From positions 1 to 57,670 of IMG/VR virus record IMGVR_UViG_3300030330_001991: a stretch of DNA of 57,670 nt; one strand, written 5' to 3'. This stretch comes from a virus (Duplodnaviria > Caudoviricetes). The number at the start of each line of letters is the position of its first letter. The stretch's first letter is position 1. A model generated the notes under the pieces. The model was not told the DNA's origin and ran no database searches. It was given only the letters and a program-made list of their open reading frames with translations. This document shows positions 39,534-49,014 of this stretch, in pieces. The position numbers and the translations under genes are program-made.

Positions 39534-39985
39534 TAAGTAAACACGTAAGTTACAAGGAAGGTGTGTATAGCATAACGGCAACTCGCCTAGGAATTGATAA
39601 TACACCTGGAGATGATCAATTACATAACATGGAATTAATAGCAGAAAAAATATTTGAACCACTAAGAAAGTTTGTAGGAGGTCCAATAAAAATAAACAGC
39701 TTTTATAGATGTCCAGATTTAAATAAAGCTATAGGAGGTAGCACAACATCACAACATTGTAAAGGTCAAGCTATGGATATTGACGATACATTTGGTAAGG
39801 CTACAAACGCCGAAATGTATTACTGGATAAAAGATAATTTAAACTTTGATCAAATGATATGGGAGTTTGGTGATGATGATAATCCTAACTGGGTACATGT
39901 AAGTTATGTATCTGAAGAAAAAAATAGAAACAGATGTTTAAAAGCTTACAAAGAAGATGGTAAAACTAAATACAAAGTAATATGA
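39530..39985 (+). CDS. Endolysin, peptidase M15 family
   Basis: SFYRC..LN.AIGG...SQHCKGQAMDI...WVHVS Zn-peptidase motifs. Confidence 0.85.
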   Translation: MISKHVSYKEGVYSITATRLGIDNTPGDDQLHNMELIAEKIFEPLRKFVGGPIKINSFYRCPDLNKAIGGSTTSQHCKGQAMDIDDTFGKATNAEMYYWIKDNLNFDQMIWEFGDDDNPNWVHVSYVSEEKNRNRCLKAYKEDGKTKYKVI

Positions 39986-40317
39986 AAAAATGTAAAAGAT
40001 ACAGAAACGCGCCTTTACAAGGTTTGATGAGAAAAAAACCAGGGCCTACAGATATTAAACTACCAACAATAGATGATATAAACCAATCTACATCTGACTC
40101 TACTGTTAGAGGTCAAACAAATGTTAATCCTGTGACTATTATACCAAATAAAACAAATTTACAAAAAGAGTACGAGGCAAAAGCCAAAGCATCAAGAATA
40201 GCTGCTGAGAATCAAAAAAAATCTATAGTTTATGATAAAAATAAAAAGAACTTAGAAAAAATAATGCAAAGTAATTCGTTAGCAAGATTATTTACTGGTA
40301 TAAGACCAAAAGGATAA
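39982..40317 (+). CDS. Hypothetical basic protein
   Basis: 111-aa ORF overlapping the endolysin stop and ending at the terminator. Confidence 0.5.
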   Translation: MKKCKRYRNAPLQGLMRKKPGPTDIKLPTIDDINQSTSDSTVRGQTNVNPVTIIPNKTNLQKEYEAKAKASRIAAENQKKSIVYDKNKKNLEKIMQSNSLARLFTGIRPKG

Positions 40318-40321
40318 ATAT

Positions 40322-40350
40322 AAAAAAGGGAGCCGTTAAGCTCCCTTTGT
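40322..40350. terminator. Bidirectional terminator between the converging arms
   Basis: AAAAAAGGGAGC-CGTTAA-GCTCCCTTTGT with A/T tracts on both sides. Confidence 0.85.
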
Positions 40351-40354
40351 TATT

Positions 40355-40549
40355 TTAGAATTGTTTGTTCTTTTGATCTTGAACCTCAACCCTGACTTCT
40401 TGAGCTAGAGACTTTACAGTCTGCATAGCTTTTCTAACCCGCGTTCCTGCGGAATTATTCCCTTCAACAAATTTAGTAACATCAGTTTGACAATCGTTAA
40501 CCGCGTTTTGTAAACTGTCGAATAAAGAATCTAATTTATTAAAACTCAT
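40355..40549 (-). CDS. Histone H1-like (Hc1-type) small protein
   Basis: GNNSAGTRVRKAMQ resembles the GNK.AGTR.RK motif of Bacteroidota Hc1-like proteins. Confidence 0.75.
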   Translation of the reverse strand: MSFNKLDSLFDSLQNAVNDCQTDVTKFVEGNNSAGTRVRKAMQTVKSLAQEVRVEVQDQKNKQF

Positions 40550-40574
40550 ATTTAATTTAATTTAATTGTTAAAC

Positions 40575-40973
40575 TTAAAATCTGTAAGATACACCTAATT
40601 TAAACTCTCCTTCTGAATCATCTTCCATTGATAACATATAGCTTGGATCAAAATATAAATTTGTCCAAAGCATAAAAGAATATCCAATACCAAAGTTTAT
40701 ATTATCTGTAGTTTCTTCAGTTGCAGCTTGTACGACAGCGTAGCAATTACTAAAGTAATATCTACCCCACATATCATACTCTTCACCGTTTTTAACTAAA
40801 CCTACTGTTATATTGTCTTTTACCATATAACCAACACCTATATTATCGGTGATGTTTGACATTTCCATCTTCTCGTCACCTTCAGGTAAGTTTACGCTTG
40901 TTATAGCTACAAACTGAGCTGAACATAAAGTTGTGGCAAAAATCAAACTTGCCATTAAAAACATTTTTTTCAT
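40575..40973 (-). CDS. Small outer-membrane beta-barrel-like protein
   Basis: Signal peptide, alternating strands, terminal FKLGVSYRF. Confidence 0.65.
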   Translation of the reverse strand: MKKMFLMASLIFATTLCSAQFVAITSVNLPEGDEKMEMSNITDNIGVGYMVKDNITVGLVKNGEEYDMWGRYYFSNCYAVVQAATEETTDNINFGIGYSFMLWTNLYFDPSYMLSMEDDSEGEFKLGVSYRF

Positions 40974-40987
40974 AATAATTGTTTTAG

Positions 40988-42862
40988 TTATAAGCCTGTT
41001 ATTTCACAAGACCCACCAGCACAGGCTAGTTCACCAGATAGATCTGTTTCGTCAGTTGTTTCTACTATATTAGATAAATTAATATAATTTAAACTTTTGA
41101 CTCTTTTATTAAACTCTGTTTTAGTTATATCTTCAAACGGAGCTTGTGTATATGTACCACCGTCATAAGGTAATACAGAAAGACCATTGTAACAATCTCT
41201 ATTTTTCCACATCCACTCACCAGCTTTTTCCCATTCATCTGCTTTTAAACTAACCGTTGCAGATACATTATGAGTGTTTGATCCAGCTCTATGGCCAGGC
41301 TTAACCCACTCTGTAGCTACTTTTTTAATTCTATTTAACAAATCAAAAGCAGACTCAGTTCTTAATATAGAACCTTTTGGTGCTGACTGTGGTATTTCAA
41401 TAACAGCAGTATCGTGAGGTCTAAAATACTCATCTTGCACTAAATCAGGATTGTGTATTTTTAAATAATTATATATAGGTTCGTTTTTACCTACACGAAG
41501 TCTACGTATATAATAATCATTATGCCAAGCATGTATACCAGAAGATGTACCAAGCACAAGAGATGTTGTACCAGCAGGTTTAATACATGTTGTCCTTGCT
41601 GCTTTGTTTATCCCTATTAGCTTTGCTACTCTTGTGTTCTCTCTTTTTACGATACTTGCAGCGGCCGTCATATCCAGCTGGAGCACAGCGGCACTCCCTA
41701 TTCCTGTCATTGACACACCTATAAGAGCGTCTTTCTCTGTTGTTTCTTGCCATATTTCTCTTAGATAGTGGAATTCCGTATAACCTGCTTGAAGCGTACC
41801 AATGAATGCGGCGGCTTTAACGCGTGCGTTAAGCTCTTCTTGGCTCGTGACGTCACTTACATTAACTTCACACAGATTACAGAACTGGTACGGGCGTAAG
41901 GCTATTTCGCAACAAGGGTTTGTACCCCAGTCCTTATCATGATTAAAATATATACCTGGCTCGCCAGCTCCGGATAATTCAATACGTTTCCACAAATCTA
42001 AGAAAAATTCCTTTGTTATTTTATGTCTTATTAATACTGCAGAGTTGTTAGCTCTACCTCTTTGTGGGTCTGTTTCCCACCATTGACCTGACTTACAGGC
42101 AATCATTTCCTCATCATACGCGCTAAATAACGATATAAGCGCGGCTCTTCTGATTCCTCCAGCAAGAACAGCATCTGCAATATGACAGACAATATCATGG
42201 ACTTCAAGCGTTGTAAGTTGTGTACCATCTTTTTTCGCATCTAATATTCCTTTAATTTTTATTATACACTCTTTTAAAGGCTGTGGACCTGGTGCTTTAC
42301 CGCCTGAGGTCACAAGCCTAGCTCCCTTTGGCCTAATATCAGAATAATCAAATTTTATCTTAGATGATCTCTTATTGCCCAAATAAGACTTAATTAAAAC
42401 CTTAATTGCATCTGACCAACCTTCAATACTATCACCAATAACAAATCTTCTTGTTCTTACTTCAAAAGGTTTTGCTATACACGGTAATTGTTTTACGTGA
42501 TGTTTTTGAACTGAGTAACCAACTCCGCAGCCAGATAATAGCAAAAACATGCATTCGCTAAAGCTATCGACATGATCAATAGGTAGGTAGCTACAATTAT
42601 ATAATCTATTCGGACTAATTTCAATTGGCTTACCGCCAAACTGAAGCGAGCGCATGCTCGGTAAAACTTTTTTATCATAGACATATTTATATGTTAATTG
42701 TATTTGATCTGCTAACTCAGGGTATCTTTTTTGATGCATCTCTTTGTTTCTTGTGACTAGTTCTTCCCAAGATTCTCTACGATTTTCCTCAGGAAGATAC
42801 TTAGCATACTTCATATGTACCGTTAGGTCTGAAAGTATTTTTTTATTTAAGTCTTTAGTCAT
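40988..42862 (-). CDS. nrdJ: Class II (B12-dependent) ribonucleotide reductase
   Basis: PSMRSLQFGG, NCSY, GGIRRAALI, TNPCCEI active site, KPAGTTS, C-terminal CAGGSC; no small subunit gene nearby. Confidence 0.92.
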   Translation of the reverse strand: MTKDLNKKILSDLTVHMKYAKYLPEENRRESWEELVTRNKEMHQKRYPELADQIQLTYKYVYDKKVLPSMRSLQFGGKPIEISPNRLYNCSYLPIDHVDSFSECMFLLLSGCGVGYSVQKHHVKQLPCIAKPFEVRTRRFVIGDSIEGWSDAIKVLIKSYLGNKRSSKIKFDYSDIRPKGARLVTSGGKAPGPQPLKECIIKIKGILDAKKDGTQLTTLEVHDIVCHIADAVLAGGIRRAALISLFSAYDEEMIACKSGQWWETDPQRGRANNSAVLIRHKITKEFFLDLWKRIELSGAGEPGIYFNHDKDWGTNPCCEIALRPYQFCNLCEVNVSDVTSQEELNARVKAAAFIGTLQAGYTEFHYLREIWQETTEKDALIGVSMTGIGSAAVLQLDMTAAASIVKRENTRVAKLIGINKAARTTCIKPAGTTSLVLGTSSGIHAWHNDYYIRRLRVGKNEPIYNYLKIHNPDLVQDEYFRPHDTAVIEIPQSAPKGSILRTESAFDLLNRIKKVATEWVKPGHRAGSNTHNVSATVSLKADEWEKAGEWMWKNRDCYNGLSVLPYDGGTYTQAPFEDITKTEFNKRVKSLNYINLSNIVETTDETDLSGELACAGGSCEITGL

Positions 42863-42995
42863 TGTGAATAGTAAAACAAATGTCCATTAAAGGAATATAC
42901 AAAACATGATTACTTTTACTTTTTTCATTGTAGGTTCTAAAACCTAATAATATACCTGGGTAAAACCCAAAACTTATCTCCCATTCTCTAAACAT
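42855..42995 (-). CDS. Small hypothetical protein (46 aa), missing from the ORF track
   Basis: MFREWEISFGFYPGILLGFRTY...; fills the gap and overlaps the nrdJ start. Confidence 0.6.
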   Translation of the reverse strand: MFREWEISFGFYPGILLGFRTYNEKSKSNHVLYIPLMDICFTIHND

Positions 42996-42996
42996 A

Positions 42997-43440
42997 TTAT
43001 TTATTTTTAGTTATTAATTCTATTACTTTGTCACATTCCTTTTGGTTCTGAGGTTTATATAAAGTTACATGTTTCATCTTATGATTTACATATTTTTTAA
43101 ACATTTTCCATCTTAATGGGAAGCTTTCGTTAGCTCTACCTTTACATTCAATTATAAATGAACTACTTACAAAATCAGGTGTGTATTTTATTGGTAATAT
43201 TTTTTTCTCTCCTCTATTAACCATTTCACCTTTACCATTGCTTTGTCTTTCATAACTTTTATTTTCTAATGTAAAACCTTCTTGTAAAACAAACGTACAC
43301 CCTTCATAATCAGCGTGTATTTTAGCTTTTTTTAATGCTTGATACATATAACGTTCTAAACTAGAAGCAAACTTGATCCCGTCGAATGTGACTTTCTTTG
43401 CTCTAACAGGACCACGTTTACGTTTATATTTCCTCTTCAT
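42997..43440 (-). CDS. PD-(D/E)XK endonuclease, T7 endonuclease I/resolvase-like
   Basis: FASSLE...YTPDF....IIECKG motif. Confidence 0.8.
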   Translation of the reverse strand: MKRKYKRKRGPVRAKKVTFDGIKFASSLERYMYQALKKAKIHADYEGCTFVLQEGFTLENKSYERQSNGKGEMVNRGEKKILPIKYTPDFVSSSFIIECKGRANESFPLRWKMFKKYVNHKMKHVTLYKPQNQKECDKVIELITKNK

Positions 43441-43759
43441 CGTATTTAAACTTATCGATCATAGCTTCTTCAGATAAATCACGAAGCTCTTCACGTGCTG
43501 TTTGTATATACAATATAGCATCCATAAGCTCTTCTTGTATATCATTTAAATAACCTTGAAGATCTTTCATTTTAAATCTACGTTCATCATCTAAAGTGTT
43601 GTTGTATTTTTCATAACCAACATCAGATCGTGACACAAATTTATCAACTACGTTTTTAACTACAGGATCACGAAAGCCATACGACTGTCTACACATGATA
43701 CCGTTTTTACCATCCATTATTTCTCTATCGCTCATATTAATCTTTTTTAAATGTTCCAT
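43424..43759 (-). CDS. All-alpha NTP-pyrophosphatase-like protein
   Basis: GYEKYNNTLD...IQEELMDAILY EExxD pattern. Confidence 0.5.
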   Translation of the reverse strand: MEHLKKINMSDREIMDGKNGIMCRQSYGFRDPVVKNVVDKFVSRSDVGYEKYNNTLDDERRFKMKDLQGYLNDIQEELMDAILYIQTAREELRDLSEEAMIDKFKYDEEEI

Positions 43760-44549
43760 TACTCATTTTACCTGTTCTATCTTTTATCTCATTATATGCA
43801 GCATCAATACATTCTTCAATGCTAGTTCCTGCAAGATGGGCTAGATTGGTTAATACAACAACACAATCACCAATACCATCAATAATTTGTTTTTCATCTT
43901 TTTTAAGCACAGCTCTACATATTTCACCAGCTTCCTCCATTAACTTTAATGTTTGTGTTTTAGGATCGCCTTTGTGATATAGCCCTCTGTCTTCTGCCCA
44001 TAATCTTATTTTATCAAACCTACATATTGTGGTACAGCTTTTGTTTTTATAATCAGACATAATACCGCCAGATCTTGGATAAGCGTTATTGTTATCAAAC
44101 CATCTAGCAAAAGCTTTGTTATATACATAACATCTTTGATCGTTGTATTTAGATACTAATACATTATCCATTATCCATTCTATAGATTTTTCTGTTATTA
44201 AACATTCTCCGTGTTCTGTTTCCCATTTCATACCCTTGTTATCCATAAGTTGGCCTTTTAACTTATTAACAGGACAGGGGAATGTTGTTGTTTGTTCTGT
44301 TACGTTTATATTCATATTCAAATCTTTATTTTTATTAATCATTAATTCACTATATAACACGTCATCTACTCTATACTTGTAGAACTTCTGCATTATTCTT
44401 TCACCTTCAGATATAAAATCTATATCGTCAGATTGTTCTATTATTTCGTATTCACCAGGATAATATCCTTGTTGTTGATGAACACGTTTTTCAAGGTTAG
44501 TTGTTACACCAACCTTTTTACCTGGTATGTGATATAAATAGTATGTCAT
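43737..44549 (-). CDS. MazG-like pyrophosphohydrolase with GIY-YIG-like N-terminus
   Basis: C-terminal KLMEEAGE...DGIGDCVVVL; N-terminal YYLYHIPGKKVGVTTNLEKR. Confidence 0.75.
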   Translation of the reverse strand: MTYYLYHIPGKKVGVTTNLEKRVHQQQGYYPGEYEIIEQSDDIDFISEGERIMQKFYKYRVDDVLYSELMINKNKDLNMNINVTEQTTTFPCPVNKLKGQLMDNKGMKWETEHGECLITEKSIEWIMDNVLVSKYNDQRCYVYNKAFARWFDNNNAYPRSGGIMSDYKNKSCTTICRFDKIRLWAEDRGLYHKGDPKTQTLKLMEEAGEICRAVLKKDEKQIIDGIGDCVVVLTNLAHLAGTSIEECIDAAYNEIKDRTGKMSNGTFKKD

Positions 44550-45217
44550 ATTTTATCGTTATATAGATGCATATTATGTGCAAAATGATAATATACACCC
44601 GGTTCAATATTTAGTTCATTAGATATCATCTTTTGTAGCTTAGAAAAACAATATTGATCGTTACAAAAACCATACCAAAGGTCATTACTACGCATTGTTA
44701 CACACATATCAAGTCTATTGTGTATTATTGTAAACTGTATTGCATAAGTACAAGGTGTATCTTTTTCATATCGCTCGTGTTCTTTGCCATCATATATAGA
44801 TATTGTAGCTTGTCTAGTTTTATTATTACTTTTTAATTTTTTTACAATATAATCTATTTGTGATAACTCAGCATAATCTCTACGTTGCCATTGCCAACCA
44901 TAGTTAGAGTTAACTTTACCAGCGTCATTAGCCATACGTTTCCATATCTCAGGTACTTTACCATATATCTTGCCAAGTTCAAAAACGTATGGAACACCAG
45001 ACAAATACCACTGCCATTCAGCTTCAGCATAATCAAGTTTCCAATTACGCTCTTTATTTATTATCTTGTTGTCTTGTGAGTCTGTAATATAAAACCCAAC
45101 ATTAAACAAGGCTTTAGTATCTGCAAAATCTACACCGTCTTGCAATATACGATCGTGTAAATATTCATACGCTTCATTTGCATTTCTAAAGACTTTATTA
45201 TTTATTGTATTTATCAT
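44546..45217 (-). CDS. Thymidylate synthase superfamily, dCMP hydroxymethylase-like
   Basis: VNSNYGW, TRQA, PCT catalytic Cys, MRSNDLWYGFCND, HNMHLY. Confidence 0.8.
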   Translation of the reverse strand: MINTINNKVFRNANEAYEYLHDRILQDGVDFADTKALFNVGFYITDSQDNKIINKERNWKLDYAEAEWQWYLSGVPYVFELGKIYGKVPEIWKRMANDAGKVNSNYGWQWQRRDYAELSQIDYIVKKLKSNNKTRQATISIYDGKEHERYEKDTPCTYAIQFTIIHNRLDMCVTMRSNDLWYGFCNDQYCFSKLQKMISNELNIEPGVYYHFAHNMHLYNDKI

Positions 45218-45220
45218 GTT

Positions 45221-45255
45221 TATATTATCTGTTATCGTTCGTATTTGGTTTGTAA
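45221..45255 (-). promoter_or_regulatory. Class I phage promoter candidate
   Basis: Minus strand TTACAAACC-AAATACGA-N8-AGATAATATA, ending 3 nt before the ATG at 45217. Confidence 0.7.
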
Positions 45256-45512
45256 TAATATTTATAATATTCTAAAAGTTTATCATAAACATTTTCGTCT
45301 GTGTACCTGTTAGGATCTGTATGTGTTTTACCATTAATATGTACATCTATTTGCCATCTAGATAAAGTATCTTTCCAATCTGGCATTATACTAACACTTA
45401 CACCTCTTTCCATACACCACCCAATTATTTTCATTTCCTCCGGTTGCCAGCTCCTTGTTGGTACTTTTTTACTTGGAGATCTTTGCCATTTTTTAAATGC
45501 CATTATTCCCAA
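45225..45512 (-). CDS. Hypothetical protein
   Basis: 95-aa ORF coupled to the primase-helicase gene. Confidence 0.55.
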   Translation of the reverse strand: MGIMAFKKWQRSPSKKVPTRSWQPEEMKIIGWCMERGVSVSIMPDWKDTLSRWQIDVHINGKTHTDPNRYTDENVYDKLLEYYKYYYKPNTNDNR

Positions 45513-47215
45513 GGCATTGGCTCACCGTCTTCCACAATGGCTTCGTGTGGAACGAAAGAGCCAGAACGTGGTTCCCAGGTAAAGTGAGACTCAGCGCCGT
45601 TTTCACCGAGGTTTTGGAACTTAACCTTGAGTACTTTAACCTTAGTAGTTTTAGCATCGTAATCTCTATGTACCAAAAGTCCATGGTATGAAGCGTCGTA
45701 CCATTCGCCACCACCTTTAATATTGTACATAGTTGGTTCTTCAATTTTTCCATCTTGTCCTTTATACATTTTAGTTGGGTGCGCAACAATAAACGTGAGC
45801 ACATCGTATTTTTTACAAAAAGCTTCGATCTTAGCTAGATAATCCATAGTATATCTATTAACATCATCCGACTTAGCATCTACATCTCTAATTTTATTAA
45901 ATGGATCAAGAACTAAACATTTAATACCTTTACGTTTTACAAGTTCAGCGCCTTTACGTAATACAGCTTCTAAACTGTATTTATCCATATCAATAAAGAA
46001 ATAGTTATCATTAACGTGATTTGTAACTTGCTGCCATTTATCATTACCAATATCACCAACACTAGGCATGTCTTGCCAGTGCTTACGCATTAACTTGTGT
46101 GCGTGGAGATATACTGGTTGGTTTTCTGGACTAGCATAAGCAGTTTTCCAGCCATACAGGTTATTGTATCCCACAACCATTTGGTCAACAAAGTCAGATT
46201 TACCACTACTAGGAATACCAGTAACAGTAATAAATTGGCCAGTGTAAGTGCTAAATATTTTATCAAAATTATTAAGACCAATTTGATAACCTGGCTTAAA
46301 TCCGTTTTTAACAAAGTCTTTAAGTTCATCTTCAACATCTTTTAAAGTTGATACATTTTCTAGTGGTACTGGTCGCGAGTTGTGTATAGCATTACGCAGC
46401 GCATCAGCACCATGTTCTAGTAAAAAGTCGTTAGCATCTTTATTACCATTAAAATCTATAAGGTAACATACTTCTGCTCCAAGACGTCTAACAAGCTCTC
46501 GTTGTAACATTTGACCAGGCTCGTCCTGATCTACAGCTAATATAATTCTAGTTTTGTCGTCAAAATAATCAATACAATTATCTAAATAATCTAAATTGTT
46601 ATTATTTAACGTGGCTCCATTTGGTACTGAAATAGCATTTGGTATACCAGCTTCGTGTAGTGCAAGCACATCCATTTCGCCTTCAACAATAACACAGGTA
46701 TCATAACCTACAATACTATTGATATTATAAAATACTTTTTCAGCACCTTTATAAAGCTTAAAGTTTTTTCTACCGTCACGGTACTTAACATTAATAAGCT
46801 GATCACCCATAAAGTAATTAAACTGTATTGTGTTTTCTTGCTTACCAGTTTGAGGCATAAACTCAAAGCCTTCAGTAACTTGAAGATCTCTGAGTGTTTG
46901 TTTTGATATGCCTCTTGTACCAAACCATGTTTCAACATTCGTACTTACCTCGTTAAAGTTGGCCGGCGTTTCCGGTCTAACATAGACACGTTCGCTACTG
47001 CCCTTGCGTTGATAAGTATGAAGTTGAAACGTAGTGTTGCAATTGTGACACGTACCGAGACCACGTTCCCAATCATAGCTAGCACATTGTAACTTTTGAT
47101 TTTTAGGTTTCCTAGTATGAGAGCATAAAGGACATATTCCTTGTTTTGCACCCTCTTTTAGGCCATGTTGATTAAACTTATCAACAACAAATCCATTGAT
47201 CTCTTCTCTATTCAT
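45503..47215 (-). CDS. Primase-helicase (T7 gp4/Twinkle-like)
   Basis: Zn finger CPLC...CHNC, TOPRIM EGEMD...DQDEPG, Walker A GIPSSGKS, SF4 helicase motifs. Confidence 0.92.
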   Translation of the reverse strand: MNREEINGFVVDKFNQHGLKEGAKQGICPLCSHTRKPKNQKLQCASYDWERGLGTCHNCNTTFQLHTYQRKGSSERVYVRPETPANFNEVSTNVETWFGTRGISKQTLRDLQVTEGFEFMPQTGKQENTIQFNYFMGDQLINVKYRDGRKNFKLYKGAEKVFYNINSIVGYDTCVIVEGEMDVLALHEAGIPNAISVPNGATLNNNNLDYLDNCIDYFDDKTRIILAVDQDEPGQMLQRELVRRLGAEVCYLIDFNGNKDANDFLLEHGADALRNAIHNSRPVPLENVSTLKDVEDELKDFVKNGFKPGYQIGLNNFDKIFSTYTGQFITVTGIPSSGKSDFVDQMVVGYNNLYGWKTAYASPENQPVYLHAHKLMRKHWQDMPSVGDIGNDKWQQVTNHVNDNYFFIDMDKYSLEAVLRKGAELVKRKGIKCLVLDPFNKIRDVDAKSDDVNRYTMDYLAKIEAFCKKYDVLTFIVAHPTKMYKGQDGKIEEPTMYNIKGGGEWYDASYHGLLVHRDYDAKTTKVKVLKVKFQNLGENGAESHFTWEPRSGSFVPHEAIVEDGEPMPWE

Positions 47216-47523
47216 TAAAACGGTAGGTCGTCTTCAGCAGCAGCAGGAGCAGGTGCTGGTGCTGATTGATTATCTCTTGGAGCTGTGTCAACATTTTGAC
47301 CATTAGTCCAAACTACTTTTACATTACCAAGATAAGTCTTAGCTGCTTTTGCATCTCTTTCTTCCTTAGTTTGTTCTACAACTACAGGACCTTGATTACC
47401 AAACTGATCTGGTTCATCATTTAATGTAATTGTAATTGGTAAGTATTTACCTTTTTTACCTTCAAATATTTTATCCTTAGGTATGTTATTAAGATTAATA
47501 CTTGTTTTAATAATACTTGCCAT
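47215..47523 (-). CDS. Single-stranded DNA-binding protein (putative)
   Basis: 102 aa with acidic DDLPF C-terminus; adjacent to the helicase gene. Confidence 0.75.
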   Translation of the reverse strand: MASIIKTSINLNNIPKDKIFEGKKGKYLPITITLNDEPDQFGNQGPVVVEQTKEERDAKAAKTYLGNVKVVWTNGQNVDTAPRDNQSAPAPAPAAAEDDLPF

Positions 47524-47525
47524 AA

Positions 47526-47681
47526 TTAATAATTATTTATTTGGTTAAACATTCTCTTTAATTGTTCTTTAGTAACATTAGTATTTCTTCTAATATTATC
47601 TACAGCTTTCAAATGACTTTGATTTTTATAGAAATTACTAGCTTTTGTTTTAATACCTGTTACATCACATATCTTTTGCAT
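47526..47681 (-). CDS. Small hypothetical protein (51 aa), missing from the ORF track
   Basis: MQKICDVTGIKTKASNFYKNQSHLKAVDN...; fills the gap. Confidence 0.55.
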   Translation of the reverse strand: MQKICDVTGIKTKASNFYKNQSHLKAVDNIRRNTNVTKEQLKRMFNQINNY

Positions 47682-47691
47682 AATATTTGGT

Positions 47692-48423
47692 TTAAAGGGT
47701 TTTACTTATGAAGTATTGTTTAGGATCAAAGTCCTTGGTCTTGTAAAACAAGTCATAAGCCTCACTTGCTTTACGTACCTTTTCTTCGCCCCGTTCGTAG
47801 AACTGTGGGGAACAGTCGAACATACCAATTTGATGGGTGCTCTTATCGATAACTATAAATAAAAACTCATATCCAAACAGTTTACTGTATATATAGGCTT
47901 GTGAGTCATAGTTATACTTTGACGCTGACCATTGAAACTTATCAATGTCTGCGGTTGTTTTTAAATCAATGATTAACTTTTCATCATGATTAACAATATC
48001 TGCTTTTCCTTTCCACTTGTTATTAAACAACTTAGTTACACCAGGTACTTCATATTCTACATTTCCTAGTGTAATAAGATCTTTGCATATATCATTAGCC
48101 ATAACTTTTTCTCTCATTAATTCAATTGCATCTACCTCGTGTTGTAATAAACATAGCTCGCCACCAGCAACATCTTTGTAGGCTTTAGTATTTCTTGTTG
48201 TTGATTTAACAACTTTGTATTTTTCAATTTTATCAGGTTCTAAAATACAAGTATGAAAATACCCGCCAACTAAAAATGCTGGTGATGGTTTGCTGGGGTT
48301 AAACGCATTTAATGGGTCTTTTAATAATTTACCAACGTGAGAGTTGGATAAAAACTGATTACCAAATTCACCATAATAGTCTTCATCATTTTTTAACTTC
48401 TGTAAGATTTTTTCTTTGTTCAT
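47692..48423 (-). CDS. RecE-like PD-(D/E)XK exonuclease
   Basis: LSNS...G..FH..ILEP...KGKADI...IIDLKTT...YDSQAYIY. Confidence 0.8.
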   Translation of the reverse strand: MNKEKILQKLKNDEDYYGEFGNQFLSNSHVGKLLKDPLNAFNPSKPSPAFLVGGYFHTCILEPDKIEKYKVVKSTTRNTKAYKDVAGGELCLLQHEVDAIELMREKVMANDICKDLITLGNVEYEVPGVTKLFNNKWKGKADIVNHDEKLIIDLKTTADIDKFQWSASKYNYDSQAYIYSKLFGYEFLFIVIDKSTHQIGMFDCSPQFYERGEEKVRKASEAYDLFYKTKDFDPKQYFISKTL

Positions 48424-48952
48424 CTGTTAATTTATATTTAGTTTCAATAGCTTCAATATTACCACCCGCGGCTATATATTCTTTAGCTTTTTTCATTTGC
48501 TCCGCAGTTATAGGTGTTGCTGCTGCTTTTTTAATCTTATTAACCACGTTAGATTTTTTACCGTGATCATTAGTAGCATCTGCATCTTCAGTATCATCAA
48601 TTAAGAATAAGTTACCTAACGCATACTTCTTACCATAAGAAGATGCCGCACCAAATTGTTGAGCGGTTTGCATGCCTTTTTGATTAAGGTCTACACCTAC
48701 TACTGCTGTTGTTTTTATTTGATTTTTGCCATCGGAAATGATAGCTGTTGACTTTAGCATAGGAACTGGATCAGAGCTTACAATGTCTTCTTCAATAGTT
48801 ACTGATACATCGTGCTCGAGTAAAAAGGGTTTTACCGCCTCCAATATGTCTTCTGCTTTTCGGAAATAGTATTTTCCAAACGAGTTATAACTCGATTTTT
48901 TAGCTTTTAGCTTAGTCTGTATGACTGCTAGTTTTTGGTTTAATTCTTTCAT
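48386..48952 (-). CDS. erf: ERF-family ssDNA-annealing recombinase
   Basis: YNSFGKY..AEDI...AQQFGAASSYGKKYAL..LFLID...DAD ERF signature. Confidence 0.85.
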   Translation of the reverse strand: MKELNQKLAVIQTKLKAKKSSYNSFGKYYFRKAEDILEAVKPFLLEHDVSVTIEEDIVSSDPVPMLKSTAIISDGKNQIKTTAVVGVDLNQKGMQTAQQFGAASSYGKKYALGNLFLIDDTEDADATNDHGKKSNVVNKIKKAAATPITAEQMKKAKEYIAAGGNIEAIETKYKLTDEQRKNLTEVKK

Positions 48953-48976
48953 AATATTGGTCTTTTGGTGTATATA

Positions 48977-49005
48977 TATAATTACATGTTTTTGTTTATA
49001 TTTAC
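48977..49005 (-). promoter_or_regulatory. Class II phage promoter candidate GTAAA-N15-GTAATTATA
   Basis: Sits in the intergenic gap between the sigma and erf genes; same spacing as the copies at 19862 and 33131. Confidence 0.6.
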
Positions 49006-49014
49006 ATTAGTAAC

